DNA of 64,000 nucleotides from the NCBI GenBank assembly GCA_965368975.1, contig CBDUPA010000007.1:128001-192000 (forward strand), read 5' to 3'. The notes under the pieces were generated by a model. It was not told the DNA's origin, did not search any database, and saw nothing but the letters and a program-made list of their open reading frames with translations. Made by a program: the position numbers and the translations under genes. This document shows positions 18,346 to 28,093 of this stretch, piece after piece. This DNA is from an uncultured bacterium. GTDB taxonomy: Bacteria; Acidobacteriota; Thermoanaerobaculia; Multivoradales; JAHZIX01. Every line of letters begins with the position of its first letter. Position 1 is the first letter of the stretch.

Positions 18346-19491
18346 ATGTTGGAGAAACTGAACCCGGGGGCGCGGGGCGCCCAACAATCGATGATCCGGC
18401 GTCTGACCGCCGAGGTCGTCAAGAGTGGTGGCGTCGACCTGAGTCAGGGCCTTTGTACCTTCCTGCCCGACCAGCGCATTCTCGACGGCGCTGTCCGTGC
18501 CGTGCTGGCGGGCAAGAACACCTATAGCCCCAACGTCGGCACGCAGGACCTGCGGCAGCAGTTGGCGGACAAGTACCGTCGGCGCAACGGCCTCGACGTC
18601 ACGATCGACAACGTCATGGTGACCTCCGGTGCCACCGGAGCGTTCGAGAGCATCTGCAAGGCTTTCCTGGAACCCGGCGACGAAGTCGTGATGGTGCAGC
18701 CGTTCTACGGGTACCACATTCGTCAGGTCCAGGATCGCGGAGCCATTCCCCGCTTCGTCTCGCTGCATCCTCCGGATTGGCACTTCGACCGCGACGAGTT
18801 CGAGAACGCACTGACCGACAAGACCAAGTTCGTCGTCTTCTCCAACCCGAGCAACCCGACAGGCAAGGTGTTCACGCGCGACGAACTCGAGTTCATCGGC
18901 CAAGCTTGTCGCAGCCGGGATATTCTGACAGTGGTCGACGAGGTCTACGAGTACATCCTCGCCAACGACAAGGAGCACGTCTCGATGGCGTCGCTGCCGG
19001 GCATGTTCGAGTCGACGCTGACCATGTCGTCCGCGAGCAAGACGCTGTGCGTGACCGGCTGGCGTATCGGTTGGCTGGTAGCTCCCGCCGAGGTGATCCC
19101 GGCTCTCGGGGTCAAGTTCGACGACGCCTTCATGTGCGCGCCGCGCCCTTTCCAGCACGCGGTCGCCGACGTCTTCGCCCTGGGTGATGACATCTTCGAG
19201 CAGATTCGCCAGACTTTCTGCAGCAAGCGCGACACGATGGCTGCCGCACTGCGTGGTTTTGGCCTCGACGTCTACGGCGGCGAAGGCGCCTGTTACCTGA
19301 TCGCTGGCTACGAGAAGCTGGGCTTCAAGGACGATATGGCGGCCATCTGGAGTCTGCTGGAAAACCAGAACGTCGCCGGCTTGCCGGGCAGTTCCTTCTA
19401 TCCTGGCGAGAGAAACTCCGGCTTCGTGCGCTTCTGCTTCGCGGTCAGTGACGAAGACCTCGGACGCGTGACGGAGGCTCTGGCTCGCTAG
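18346..19491 (+). CDS. PLP-dependent aminotransferase class I/II
   Basis: DLSQG, VTSGATGA, NPSNPTG, DEVYE, SASKTLCVTGWRIG, RFCFA. Confidence 0.93.
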   Translation: MLEKLNPGARGAQQSMIRRLTAEVVKSGGVDLSQGLCTFLPDQRILDGAVRAVLAGKNTYSPNVGTQDLRQQLADKYRRRNGLDVTIDNVMVTSGATGAFESICKAFLEPGDEVVMVQPFYGYHIRQVQDRGAIPRFVSLHPPDWHFDRDEFENALTDKTKFVVFSNPSNPTGKVFTRDELEFIGQACRSRDILTVVDEVYEYILANDKEHVSMASLPGMFESTLTMSSASKTLCVTGWRIGWLVAPAEVIPALGVKFDDAFMCAPRPFQHAVADVFALGDDIFEQIRQTFCSKRDTMAAALRGFGLDVYGGEGACYLIAGYEKLGFKDDMAAIWSLLENQNVAGLPGSSFYPGERNSGFVRFCFAVSDEDLGRVTEALAR

Positions 19492-19521
19492 TCTGGATTC
19501 TGGCCAACAAGCGGAGGCTGT

Positions 19522-19809
19522 GTGCGGTTCGAGTGGGATGACCAAAAGAGCGTAGCCAACGTCAGGAAGCATGGTTTCAGCCTTGCCGATGCCCACCTTG
19601 CTTTTTCGCAGCCGATGGTGGTCCGAGAAGACGCGCGAGGAGCTTATGGAGAGCGGCGCTGGGTAGGGGTTGGACAGGTCCTTGGCCGGGCTGTCGTTGT
19701 TGTCTGGACCGAACCCGACGAGGAGACGATTCGTATCATCTCCATGAGACGAGCCCTGAAACATGAGAGACTGGGATATGAGCGAGAGATCACAGACCGA
19801 TTGGGCTAG
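19522..19809 (+). CDS. brnT: BrnT-family toxin
   Basis: MRFEWDDQKSVANVRKHG...GERRW...IRIISMRRA. Confidence 0.92.
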   Translation: MRFEWDDQKSVANVRKHGFSLADAHLAFSQPMVVREDARGAYGERRWVGVGQVLGRAVVVVWTEPDEETIRIISMRRALKHERLGYEREITDRLG

Positions 19810-20038
19810 GGTGGACGTACTCGGCGACGAGGACATCGACACCTCCGACATTCCGCCCTTGGACGAAGCGTTCTTCTCGACCGCCAACTTGCGTATGCCC
19901 GATGGCTCCACGTCCGTAGCTGTGAAATTGGACCCGGAGACCTACAGTTGGTTCAAGTCATTGGGAGCTGAGGCAGAGGAGCGGATGCGGGCTGCCTTGC
20001 GTTTGTACGCGGAATCACACAAGGCGTTTAGTCACTGA
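19778..20038 (+). CDS. brnA: BrnA-family antitoxin
   Basis: TDWARVD...DIDTSDIPPLDEAFF...VKLDPETYSWFK; overlaps brnT. Confidence 0.88.
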   Translation: MSERSQTDWARVDVLGDEDIDTSDIPPLDEAFFSTANLRMPDGSTSVAVKLDPETYSWFKSLGAEAEERMRAALRLYAESHKAFSH

Positions 20039-20067
20039 CTGAGCCCAGAGTTCGGGTGGGGCGAGCG

Positions 20068-20532
20068 ATGAGCAAGACGTGGAATGTCTATCTGAGCGGT
20101 GAGATCCATACGGATTGGCGTGACGTGATCCGTGAGGGGTGCGAGCAGGCGGGGCTGCCCGTCGTGTTCAGTGCGCCCGTCACCGATCATCCTGCCAGCG
20201 ACAATTGTGGTGTCGCCATTCTGGGCGAGGAAGCGCAGGACTTCTGGAAGGACCACAAGGGTGCCAAAGTCAACGCCATTCGCACACGCACACTGATCGC
20301 GGCCGCGGACATCGTGGTGGTGCGCTTCGGTGACAAGTATCGGCAGTGGAACGCTGCCTTCGACGCTGGCTACACGGCAGCCCTGGGCAAGGCACTGATC
20401 GTGCTACACCCGCCGGAGCATACGCATGCGCTCAAGGAAGTCGACGGTGCGGCACTGGCCGTGGCGCAGGAGCCGGGACAGGTGGTGGAGATCCTGAACT
20501 ACGTGATCCGTGGGGAACTCGCCTCAGCGTAG
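20068..20532 (+). CDS. ytoQ: YtoQ-family protein
   Basis: VYLSGEIHTDWR, PVTDHPASD, VVRFGDKYRQWNAAFDAG, HALKEVD. Confidence 0.88.
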   Translation: MSKTWNVYLSGEIHTDWRDVIREGCEQAGLPVVFSAPVTDHPASDNCGVAILGEEAQDFWKDHKGAKVNAIRTRTLIAAADIVVVRFGDKYRQWNAAFDAGYTAALGKALIVLHPPEHTHALKEVDGAALAVAQEPGQVVEILNYVIRGELASA

Positions 20533-20659
20533 CCTCTCCGACTGTCGGGCGATGTTACCGGCGCGACGTTGTCAGGAAAAGCAACTCCGTGTAGAAGTCC
20601 ATCAAGAACGTCGAGCGTTCGGCGGACTCGGAGGGCGGAAGTTGCTAGAATCCCTGGCG

Positions 20660-21349
20660 ATGTCTCAGCTTGCACCGAGGTCGACTGGGCGCGCGGCACG
20701 ATCCGATGGTCCGTCAGATGGGAACAGTCCGTTGCGCGGACCCCTGCCCGCCGATGCGTGGGATTTGGGGACCGTAGCGCAGGCGGCGGCAGGGGAAGAA
20801 CCCTGGCCGTCGCGACTGATCGACACGCTGACGCCGGTGATCCAAAGCAGAGTTGCGAGGGTTTTGCTGCGCGGGCAGCAGCGGCATCCGGGCCGTATCC
20901 GACCCTTGGTGGAAGATTTGACCCAGGAGGTGTTCATGGTGCTGTTCGCTCGCGGAGGCCGCGTGCTGCGGGATTGGCAGCCGGACCGGGGCTTGTCCCT
21001 GGCCAATTTTGTCGGCCTGGTGGCGGAACGCCAGACAGTGTCGTTCCTGCGATCCGGTCGCCGTAGCGGCTGGCGCGAGGATCCGACGCTCACCGACACC
21101 TTCGACACCGCCACCGCCGCTCCCAGCCCGGAGCGCTGGACGGCGTCGCGCCAGCAGATGGAACGGTTGTTGGAGCGTCTCACCGAGGAACTGAGTCCGT
21201 TGGGGCGCCAGCTCTTCCGCCTGCTCTATCTCGAAGAGCGGGGAGTGGAAGAGGTGGAAGGTCTGACGGGCATGAGCAGTGATGCTGTCTACGCTTGGCG
21301 CAGCCGGCTGCGCCGGCGGGCTCGACGCGTGCTACAGGAGGAATCCTGA
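20660..21349 (+). CDS. ECF sigma factor
   Basis: VEDLTQEVF region 2; region 4 LLYLEER..EEV...GMSSDAVYAWRSRL. Start uncertain. Confidence 0.8.
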   Translation: MSQLAPRSTGRAARSDGPSDGNSPLRGPLPADAWDLGTVAQAAAGEEPWPSRLIDTLTPVIQSRVARVLLRGQQRHPGRIRPLVEDLTQEVFMVLFARGGRVLRDWQPDRGLSLANFVGLVAERQTVSFLRSGRRSGWREDPTLTDTFDTATAAPSPERWTASRQQMERLLERLTEELSPLGRQLFRLLYLEERGVEEVEGLTGMSSDAVYAWRSRLRRRARRVLQEES

Positions 21350-22332
21350 TGACTACCGAATCCTCTTCGCCTGAAACCGCGTCTGCTCCTACGTCTGCCA
21401 CCGCATCGCCGCTGGATGTAGTGTTGACCGAGGTCGCGGCGTTGGGTGAGTCGCGTGCCGCTGCCGAAGAGGCACGGCTGGCTGGGCTGTTGGGCTCATT
21501 GCCGGCCGACAGCTGGGATCGTCTGGCTGCGGACGTGCTGGGTGCCAGCGAGGAAGCGACGTTGCGCGCCAGCGCAGAGGCCTCTGCGGAGTCAAGTGAC
21601 GAAGCTCGACGTGCGCTGGAGGCGTTCACGCCGCTGGAGGAAAGCTTTCGGCAGCGCGTGGCGCTGGCCGTTTCGGAGCAGCGTGAGCGAGAGCGCGAGC
21701 ATTCGGCCGACGTCGAGTCACTCGACGCCCGGCGCTCGCTCTGGCGTCGGCGTTCGGTGTGGGCGATGGCGGCTACGGTTGTCCTGGCGGTGACGGTAGC
21801 GCTGCTGCTGCGCGGCAACCTGGCATCGAGCGGCGATGTGACGTTGGCGCTGCCGATTCCCGACTATGCGGTGCAGGTGGACGGTGGCGCGGCGGCTGAG
21901 CGCTCGGCGCCGGAGCTGGCAGCTACGCCTGCGATCGATGAGGTGACAGCACTGGGACTCGGCGAGCGCCTGCGGCTGACCCTGCGGCCGGCGACAGCGG
22001 TGGACGGTGCGGTGACGGTGCGGACCTTTGTCGCACCGCGTGCCGGTGTCGGCGAGCCAGCCAGCGAGACACAGTCGGCCGCCTGGCGAATCTGGGACGG
22101 CACGACCGAAGTCGCCACCAGTGGCGCAGTGCGTCTGAGCGCGGTGATCGGTGAGCAACTGGACGTGGCGGCCGGCAGCTATACGCTGGCTGTGGTCGTG
22201 GGACGCCCGGAGCACTTGCCAGCGGTCACCGATCTGCCACAGCCGTCGAGGTGTAGCGCCCTGGAGCAGGACGCGGACGCCTGTTGGCGCCTATACTGCA
22301 TGCATGTCGACATTCGGGACGGCGACACATGA
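21349..22332 (+). CDS. Putative membrane-spanning anti-sigma factor
   Basis: TGATG-coupled to the sigma factor; single TM (WAMAATVVLAVTVALLL) followed by a beta-rich extracytoplasmic domain. Confidence 0.6.
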   Translation: MTTESSSPETASAPTSATASPLDVVLTEVAALGESRAAAEEARLAGLLGSLPADSWDRLAADVLGASEEATLRASAEASAESSDEARRALEAFTPLEESFRQRVALAVSEQREREREHSADVESLDARRSLWRRRSVWAMAATVVLAVTVALLLRGNLASSGDVTLALPIPDYAVQVDGGAAAERSAPELAATPAIDEVTALGLGERLRLTLRPATAVDGAVTVRTFVAPRAGVGEPASETQSAAWRIWDGTTEVATSGAVRLSAVIGEQLDVAAGSYTLAVVVGRPEHLPAVTDLPQPSRCSALEQDADACWRLYCMHVDIRDGDT

Positions 22333-25198
22333 AGGCGCGCTCTCGCGATGGCGTTCAGCGTGCGGACTCGTTGGCTGGATACTGTGTGCGCTGGGCACGT
22401 GGGCCTGTGGCATTGTGCCCGAGACGGCGGACGACTCGTCGGCAAAGGCCCTACGGGTGAGCTACGGTGGTTGCCACGAGGTCCGGATGCCCGGGCCGGT
22501 GTGCAGCCTCGAGCCTCAAGACGCGCTGGCTCTCTGGTTACCGGTGGCGACCACTGCCGAAGTCGAGGTGAACCTCGACGGTCAGCCGTTGGACTCGCAG
22601 CAGGTCTCGACCGAGCGGGTCGGTGACGGCTGGCGCTGGCGGTTGCGCCAAGTGCCGCTACCGGCGCGGTTGGACGTGCGCACCTCGGAGCAGTCCTGGA
22701 CGTTACAGCTCGAGCCGTGGCGGACTCCCGACTGGCTCGCCGCGCTGACGGAGCGGCTGCGGGCGGGTGACTTCGCGGCAGCGCGCGGCCTGCTCGAGGT
22801 GCGGCTAGCCGAGGCTCCCGACGATGGGGCCGCGTTGTCGATGCAAGGGCGCTTCGCGCAGCAGCGAGACGGGGACTTGGAGGCGGCACTCGCCAGCTTC
22901 GATGCCGCCGTCGCCGACCACGGCCGCCGCGGCAAGCGTCTGTCGCAGGTCGTCGACGGGACGCGGGCCGTGTACCTGCTCCTGGAGCTGGGAGAGTACC
23001 GCTTCGCCGAGGCCCGCAGACGGCTGCAAGAGCTCGGTGTCCAGGACCGGGATCCGGCGGAGGCGAGTTACTACCTGGAGTACTACCGAGGTGTCTTGGC
23101 GCAACGGATCGGTGATCTGCGCTCGGCGCTCGAGTTCCTGTCGGCCGCGGCCTCGACGGCCGAGCGTACGGGCTTGCTCGCCGAACAGCGCCTGGCGCAG
23201 CAGGTGCGTGGCAGCGTGCTGGCGGAACTTGGCCGCTCGGAGGACGCCGCGGCCCTGTACGAGCATCTGCAAGAGTCTCCGGAGCCGGACGAGCAGCCGG
23301 CCAAGAGCTGCTTCCGCGTGCAGCAGCTGAACAACCAGGCCTGGGCGTCGTTGCTCACGCTCGAAGCCGGCGGTGTACCACGGCACGCTCCAGAGGCTCT
23401 GCTGCGCCAGGCGCTCGACGATCTGCGGGGTGGTGCCGGCCTGCTGTGCATGGACGCCCAAGCCGAGGAAGCCAACCTGCAGCTCAATCTGGCCCTGGCA
23501 TCTCTGCACCAGGGCGATACCGAGGCGGCACGGCGCAGCCTGGAGACCTATGGGCGGCAAGCCCCGGAAGCCGCCGCGCTGCCTCCGTTGCAGCGGCTGT
23601 GGCACCAGGAGCTGCAGGCCCGGCTGGCGCTCGAAGAAGGGCAGCCGTCCCGCGCTCTGGAACTCTACGACCGACTCGCCGCGGCTGATCCCGCGGCCTT
23701 TCCGGCTGCGCGCTGGCGGGCTCAGGTCGGTCGCGGCCGGGCCTTGCGGGTCTTGGGGCGACCGGGGGACGCGCTGGTGGCACTCGAACAGGCCGAGCGT
23801 CTGCTCGACGCCGAGAGCCTGGGGGTGCCTGTCCACGCCGGCCGAGATACCTTCCTCAGTGGACGTGAAGCGGCGGCGCGCCTGCAAGTGCGGCTATTGC
23901 TCGACGCCGGTCGAATCGACGACGCGCTGGCCACTGCCCGCCGCAACCGGGCTCGATTGCTGCTCGGTCTGCGCTGGGCAGATCGCCTGGCACGCCTGAC
24001 GCCCGCCGAGCAGGCGCGCTGGGATGAGACGCTGGCCGCCTATCAGCGCCAGCGCGCCCAACTGGACGCGGAGGCTGCTGATGACTGGCGGCTGCCGGCC
24101 GATCAGCTGGCCGTGGTGCGAGCGGCCCGCTCTCGCCAGGGGCAGGAGCTGGCCGGTCTGCTCGATCGTGCCCTGTCGGTCTTGGGCACCGCGGCACCGA
24201 CGCTGGCACCCTTGCGTGCGGGGGAACTGGTCCTGCTCTATCACCCGGTGGCCGGGGACCCGCCCAACGCGCAGCGTCGAGAAGGAAGCGACGCCGAGCA
24301 CGGAGACCGCTGGGTCGGCTTCGCGGCGACGCCGGACGGTGTCAGCATCCACTGGCTAGCGGATCCTGGAACGCTGCTGTCTCAGCCGCGGCGACTCGCC
24401 GAGGCTCTGTTCACGCCCGTCGCGGCACAGATCCACGCGGCGCGGCGGGTACGCTTCCTGCCCTACGGGCAACTGCGTGGGGTCGACCTGCACGCTCTGC
24501 CGTTCGACGCAGAGATCCTGCTGGCCGCTGTTCCCGTGACCTACGGTCTCGATCTCGAGGCGGTGAGTGGCGGCCGAGCCGAGTCGGCGCGGGCACTGCT
24601 GGTGGCTGATCCGCTGGAGGACTTGCCGGCCGCCCGGGCCGAAGTTGCGGTGATCGCTGACTTGCTGCGGGCCAGTGAGCCAGGCTGGGAGCTGCGCCGG
24701 CTCGAAGGGGCTGCGGCCGAAGCCGGCACGGTGCGTGCGCTGCTCGAAGAGGTGGCGCTCTTCCACTATGCCGGGCATGGGCGTTTCGCCGGCTGGAGCA
24801 GCGCCCTGCCGCTGGCGGGAGGAGGTCGGCTGACGGTGGGCGACATCCTGGCGTTGCAGCGCGCACCGGCCCAAGTCGTCTTGTCGGGCTGCGAGACCGG
24901 CCGCGCCGCCAGCAGCAGTGCGGTCGAGAGTATCGGACTGGCGCAGGCGTTTCTGGCAGCCGGCAGCCGACGTGTGCTGGCAGCGGTGCGGCCGGTGCGG
25001 GACCGAGCTGCCGCTGATCTGGTGACAGCCTGGTACCGTCGCCGCCCCGACAAAACCTCTCTTGCCGTTTTCGATCCCGCAGCCGGTCCGGCCGCGGTGA
25101 GCGAAGATCCGGCCGCCGTGCTGCGCCGTGTCCAGCTTGCCTGGCGCGCGCGCGAACCTTCGGCGGACTGGGCTAGTTTCCGTCTATTCGAACCGTAG
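22304..25198 (+). CDS. TPR-CHAT (caspase-like) protease
   Basis: Helical TPR-like region; C-terminal CHAT with intact dyad FHYAGHG and VVLSGCETG, plus GLAQAFLAAG and WASF. Possible N-terminal signal or lipobox. Start uncertain. Confidence 0.88.
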   Translation: MSTFGTATHEGALSRWRSACGLVGWILCALGTWACGIVPETADDSSAKALRVSYGGCHEVRMPGPVCSLEPQDALALWLPVATTAEVEVNLDGQPLDSQQVSTERVGDGWRWRLRQVPLPARLDVRTSEQSWTLQLEPWRTPDWLAALTERLRAGDFAAARGLLEVRLAEAPDDGAALSMQGRFAQQRDGDLEAALASFDAAVADHGRRGKRLSQVVDGTRAVYLLLELGEYRFAEARRRLQELGVQDRDPAEASYYLEYYRGVLAQRIGDLRSALEFLSAAASTAERTGLLAEQRLAQQVRGSVLAELGRSEDAAALYEHLQESPEPDEQPAKSCFRVQQLNNQAWASLLTLEAGGVPRHAPEALLRQALDDLRGGAGLLCMDAQAEEANLQLNLALASLHQGDTEAARRSLETYGRQAPEAAALPPLQRLWHQELQARLALEEGQPSRALELYDRLAAADPAAFPAARWRAQVGRGRALRVLGRPGDALVALEQAERLLDAESLGVPVHAGRDTFLSGREAAARLQVRLLLDAGRIDDALATARRNRARLLLGLRWADRLARLTPAEQARWDETLAAYQRQRAQLDAEAADDWRLPADQLAVVRAARSRQGQELAGLLDRALSVLGTAAPTLAPLRAGELVLLYHPVAGDPPNAQRREGSDAEHGDRWVGFAATPDGVSIHWLADPGTLLSQPRRLAEALFTPVAAQIHAARRVRFLPYGQLRGVDLHALPFDAEILLAAVPVTYGLDLEAVSGGRAESARALLVADPLEDLPAARAEVAVIADLLRASEPGWELRRLEGAAAEAGTVRALLEEVALFHYAGHGRFAGWSSALPLAGGGRLTVGDILALQRAPAQVVLSGCETGRAASSSAVESIGLAQAFLAAGSRRVLAAVRPVRDRAAADLVTAWYRRRPDKTSLAVFDPAAGPAAVSEDPAAVLRRVQLAWRAREPSADWASFRLFEP

Positions 25199-25218
25199 GT
25201 TCCGTTCACCAAGGAGGT

Positions 25219-27354
25219 ATGTCGATGCGATCGAATGTCCACTCTACGCAGTCCGCTGGGCGCGGCAGGTTGCGCTCTTGCGTGGGACTCGCTGCGCTGG
25301 GTCTGGTTCTGGGCTGCGCTCAGACCGGCAACGTCGTCGCTGGCCCCGCACACGCTGCCCCCGCACACGCTGCCCCCGCACACGCTGCCCCCCCAGCTAG
25401 TGCCGTTCCCGGAGACTCTGGCGGGCAGCCGGCGGCGCCGCAGGCTCAAGCCCCGACCCTCGACCCGCAGGCCGCGTGCGCCAACTGGCGCTGGATCGGT
25501 GTGCAGGAAGATTCCGCCAGCTCGTGTCCGCCACCGCGGTTGGCCAACTGGACATCGCGCGATCTGTTCTCGCCCGATCTCACCGACAAGACCACCACCG
25601 GCAGGCTGCAGCGGACGCTGGCGCCGTTCTGCGTCTACGAGTCGCGCGGAGCTGTCGACGATGTTTCCGCGCGCGACATCGTCGACCTGGGGCAGTTCGA
25701 GAGTTTCGATCGGGACTGTCTCGGCCTGTCGTCCAGTGCCGCTCCCACGGTCGCCGGCCAGATGTGGAAGGATCTGCGAGAGCGTTTCAGCGATCAGGTT
25801 GGCGAGGTCGATCTGCCCAAGCCGGAACGGGCGCGCGTCCGGCAGCCGGTCCGGCTCGCTCTGCTCGACACCGCCGCCACGCGCCAAGAGTCCGGCCGCG
25901 ACCATCCAGCGGATCATCCCGGCAACTCGCCGCACGGGTATACCCTGGCCAATCTGGCTCGTGACCTGGTGGACGAGAACGTACGCATCACCACCCGGTT
26001 GGCCTTGCCTTGGGTGCGCTTCGATGCCAACGATCCGTCGCGGTCCGTGCGCGACGAGGTCAACGGCGGTCACGCCGGCTTGCTCAGCGATCTGGCGACG
26101 GCGATTCTCGGCGAAGTCGCCGACTGGCAGCGGGACGATCCCGAGCGTCGGCTGGTGATCAACCTGAGCTTGGGCTGGGATCCGGACCTCTACGGTGGTG
26201 TTCTCACGGGCGATGCAAAGCGGGGGGAGGCGGCCAAGGAGCCCGCGTCGGTACGCGCGGTGCGCACCGCCCTCGAGATCGCGGCGGCACACGGTGCGGT
26301 GATCGTTGCGGCGTCCGGCAATCTGCTCGGCCTGCCGTCCGACGACCAGGACGCACTGCTACCGGCCGCCTGGGAACGCCTCACGGCTCCGTCGACCGCG
26401 CGTTGTGAACAGCTTCTTGGAGCTGGCGCGACGGTGTGCCAACGGCTCGAGGACGAGCGGACCTCGAGCCGCGAGACGCGGGCCTATCGACCGTTGCTGC
26501 ACGCCGCGGGCGGTCTGCATGGTCACGGCGGCACGATCGCCAACGCCCGTCCCGGCAGCCTGCCGCGGCTGATGGCCTATGCTGCCGGCGCTGTCACCGT
26601 CGATGGCGGCGGCCGTCCTACCACCACTTTGGTCGGCAGCTCGGTCGCGGCGTTGATCGTATCCTCGACCGTCGCCGCGGTCTGGTCGTTGGACCCCAAG
26701 CTGTCCGGCCACCGGGCCGTCCAGTGGACCTACGAGAGTGGTCGCGGCCTGGGAGAGGCTGCCGAACTCCACCTCGGGGCGACAGCGCCCGAGCGCAACC
26801 GCATCGAGTTGTGCGCGGCGCTGCGGGCCGCTTGCAGCCGGGGGCTGTGCGAGCCGCCGGTCTGTCGTGAACGGCCACGCCGGCTGCCGCCGCCGGAGGT
26901 TACCTTGGCCGAGCACCTGAGCCATGCCGGGCCTATGGCGACTCCCGTCTTGCCCGTGCCGGCGGAATGTGGCGCCAACTACAAGTTGTTCCACAACGGT
27001 AGCGGTCCGCCGATGTGGATGTGCCCGTTCGCGCAGTTGCCCGGGGTCGCCCATCACACGGTGGTTGGGCCACAGCCGCAGTCGACACCGTGTCCGAACT
27101 GCAGCCTGATCCCCGATCCCACCGGCAATCGCCTGCTGATCGAGGTCGATCCCAGCTTTGGTGCCTCGGTGAGCCAGCCCGTGCTGCACATCAACGGTAT
27201 CTCGCTGGCGCTGCCGGTCGCGACGCTGGGTCCCGGCGAGTGTGCCGAGGTCACTGACCTGCCGACGCCCAACAATGGCGAAGCCGTGAGCATCACCTTC
27301 ATGGTGGGCCATGACGACGGGGCAGCGCACAGTCCCGTGATGGTGCTTCCCTGA
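25219..27354 (+). CDS. Divergent S8 (subtilase-like) peptidase, probable lipoprotein
   Basis: Lipobox VLGC; ALLDT (Asp), PHG (His), VINLSLG, VAASGN (oxyanion Asn), GSSVAA (Ser); Cys-rich C-terminus. Confidence 0.72.
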   Translation: MSMRSNVHSTQSAGRGRLRSCVGLAALGLVLGCAQTGNVVAGPAHAAPAHAAPAHAAPPASAVPGDSGGQPAAPQAQAPTLDPQAACANWRWIGVQEDSASSCPPPRLANWTSRDLFSPDLTDKTTTGRLQRTLAPFCVYESRGAVDDVSARDIVDLGQFESFDRDCLGLSSSAAPTVAGQMWKDLRERFSDQVGEVDLPKPERARVRQPVRLALLDTAATRQESGRDHPADHPGNSPHGYTLANLARDLVDENVRITTRLALPWVRFDANDPSRSVRDEVNGGHAGLLSDLATAILGEVADWQRDDPERRLVINLSLGWDPDLYGGVLTGDAKRGEAAKEPASVRAVRTALEIAAAHGAVIVAASGNLLGLPSDDQDALLPAAWERLTAPSTARCEQLLGAGATVCQRLEDERTSSRETRAYRPLLHAAGGLHGHGGTIANARPGSLPRLMAYAAGAVTVDGGGRPTTTLVGSSVAALIVSSTVAAVWSLDPKLSGHRAVQWTYESGRGLGEAAELHLGATAPERNRIELCAALRAACSRGLCEPPVCRERPRRLPPPEVTLAEHLSHAGPMATPVLPVPAECGANYKLFHNGSGPPMWMCPFAQLPGVAHHTVVGPQPQSTPCPNCSLIPDPTGNRLLIEVDPSFGASVSQPVLHINGISLALPVATLGPGECAEVTDLPTPNNGEAVSITFMVGHDDGAAHSPVMVLP
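25345..25389 (+). repeat. 15-bp tandem repeat x3 (PAHAA)
   Basis: CCCGCACACGCTGCC three times. Confidence 0.9.
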
Positions 27355-27460
27355 GTCCTGGCACTGTCCTGAAGAGGGCAGCCTGATTCTGAGAAGACTG
27401 GCGGCGTGAAGTGGTTTCTTCGCGCCGCCGTCCTGTGTCCAAGAAGGTGAGATGCATGCG

Positions 27461-28093
27461 ATGACTCTTCGATCCGTTCCCGATGCAAGCGCCGATCCGG
27501 CGCCGTCCGGGCTTTCCTCGGAGCTGGATCTGGTCGAAGAGCGCCGTTTGCTGACGGCGGTGGGAGCTGGTGACCGCGACGCTGCCGAGCGGTTGGTGCA
27601 GGCCACGTACGGCACCATCTACGCTGCTCTGGTGCGCATGTGCGGTAATCCCGACACCGCCGCTGACCTGACCCAGGACACCTACCGCAGGGCCTGGAAG
27701 GCGCTAGACGGGTTCGAAGGGCGCAGCCGCTTTTCCACCTGGCTGTACCGCATTGCCTACACCACGTTCCTCAACCACGTTCGCCGACCACGCCGCTTGC
27801 TGCCGATGGAGGAGGGGATCGACCCCGAGGATCCGTCGCCGGGGCCGGAGGCACGCGCCGGTGACGACGCACGCACTCGTCGGCTGCGGCGTGCGGTGCT
27901 CGCCTTGCCCGACGAAGAACGCTACCTGGTCAGCGCGCACTTCTGGGGCGAGCGGACCCTGACCTCGCTGGCGCAGCAGGCCGGGATCACGCCTCCGGGG
28001 CTGCGCAAGCGTCTGCACAAGGCGCTAGGCCGTTTGGCGGTGATGTTGGAAGACGAATCAGATCTGCTGTCGCTGAAGGAGGAGGGGCCATGA
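27461..28093 (+). CDS. ECF sigma factor (RpoE/SigW-like)
   Basis: AADLTQDTY, FEGRSRFSTWLYRIA, AVLALP, region-4 HTH. Confidence 0.9.
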   Translation: MTLRSVPDASADPAPSGLSSELDLVEERRLLTAVGAGDRDAAERLVQATYGTIYAALVRMCGNPDTAADLTQDTYRRAWKALDGFEGRSRFSTWLYRIAYTTFLNHVRRPRRLLPMEEGIDPEDPSPGPEARAGDDARTRRLRRAVLALPDEERYLVSAHFWGERTLTSLAQQAGITPPGLRKRLHKALGRLAVMLEDESDLLSLKEEGP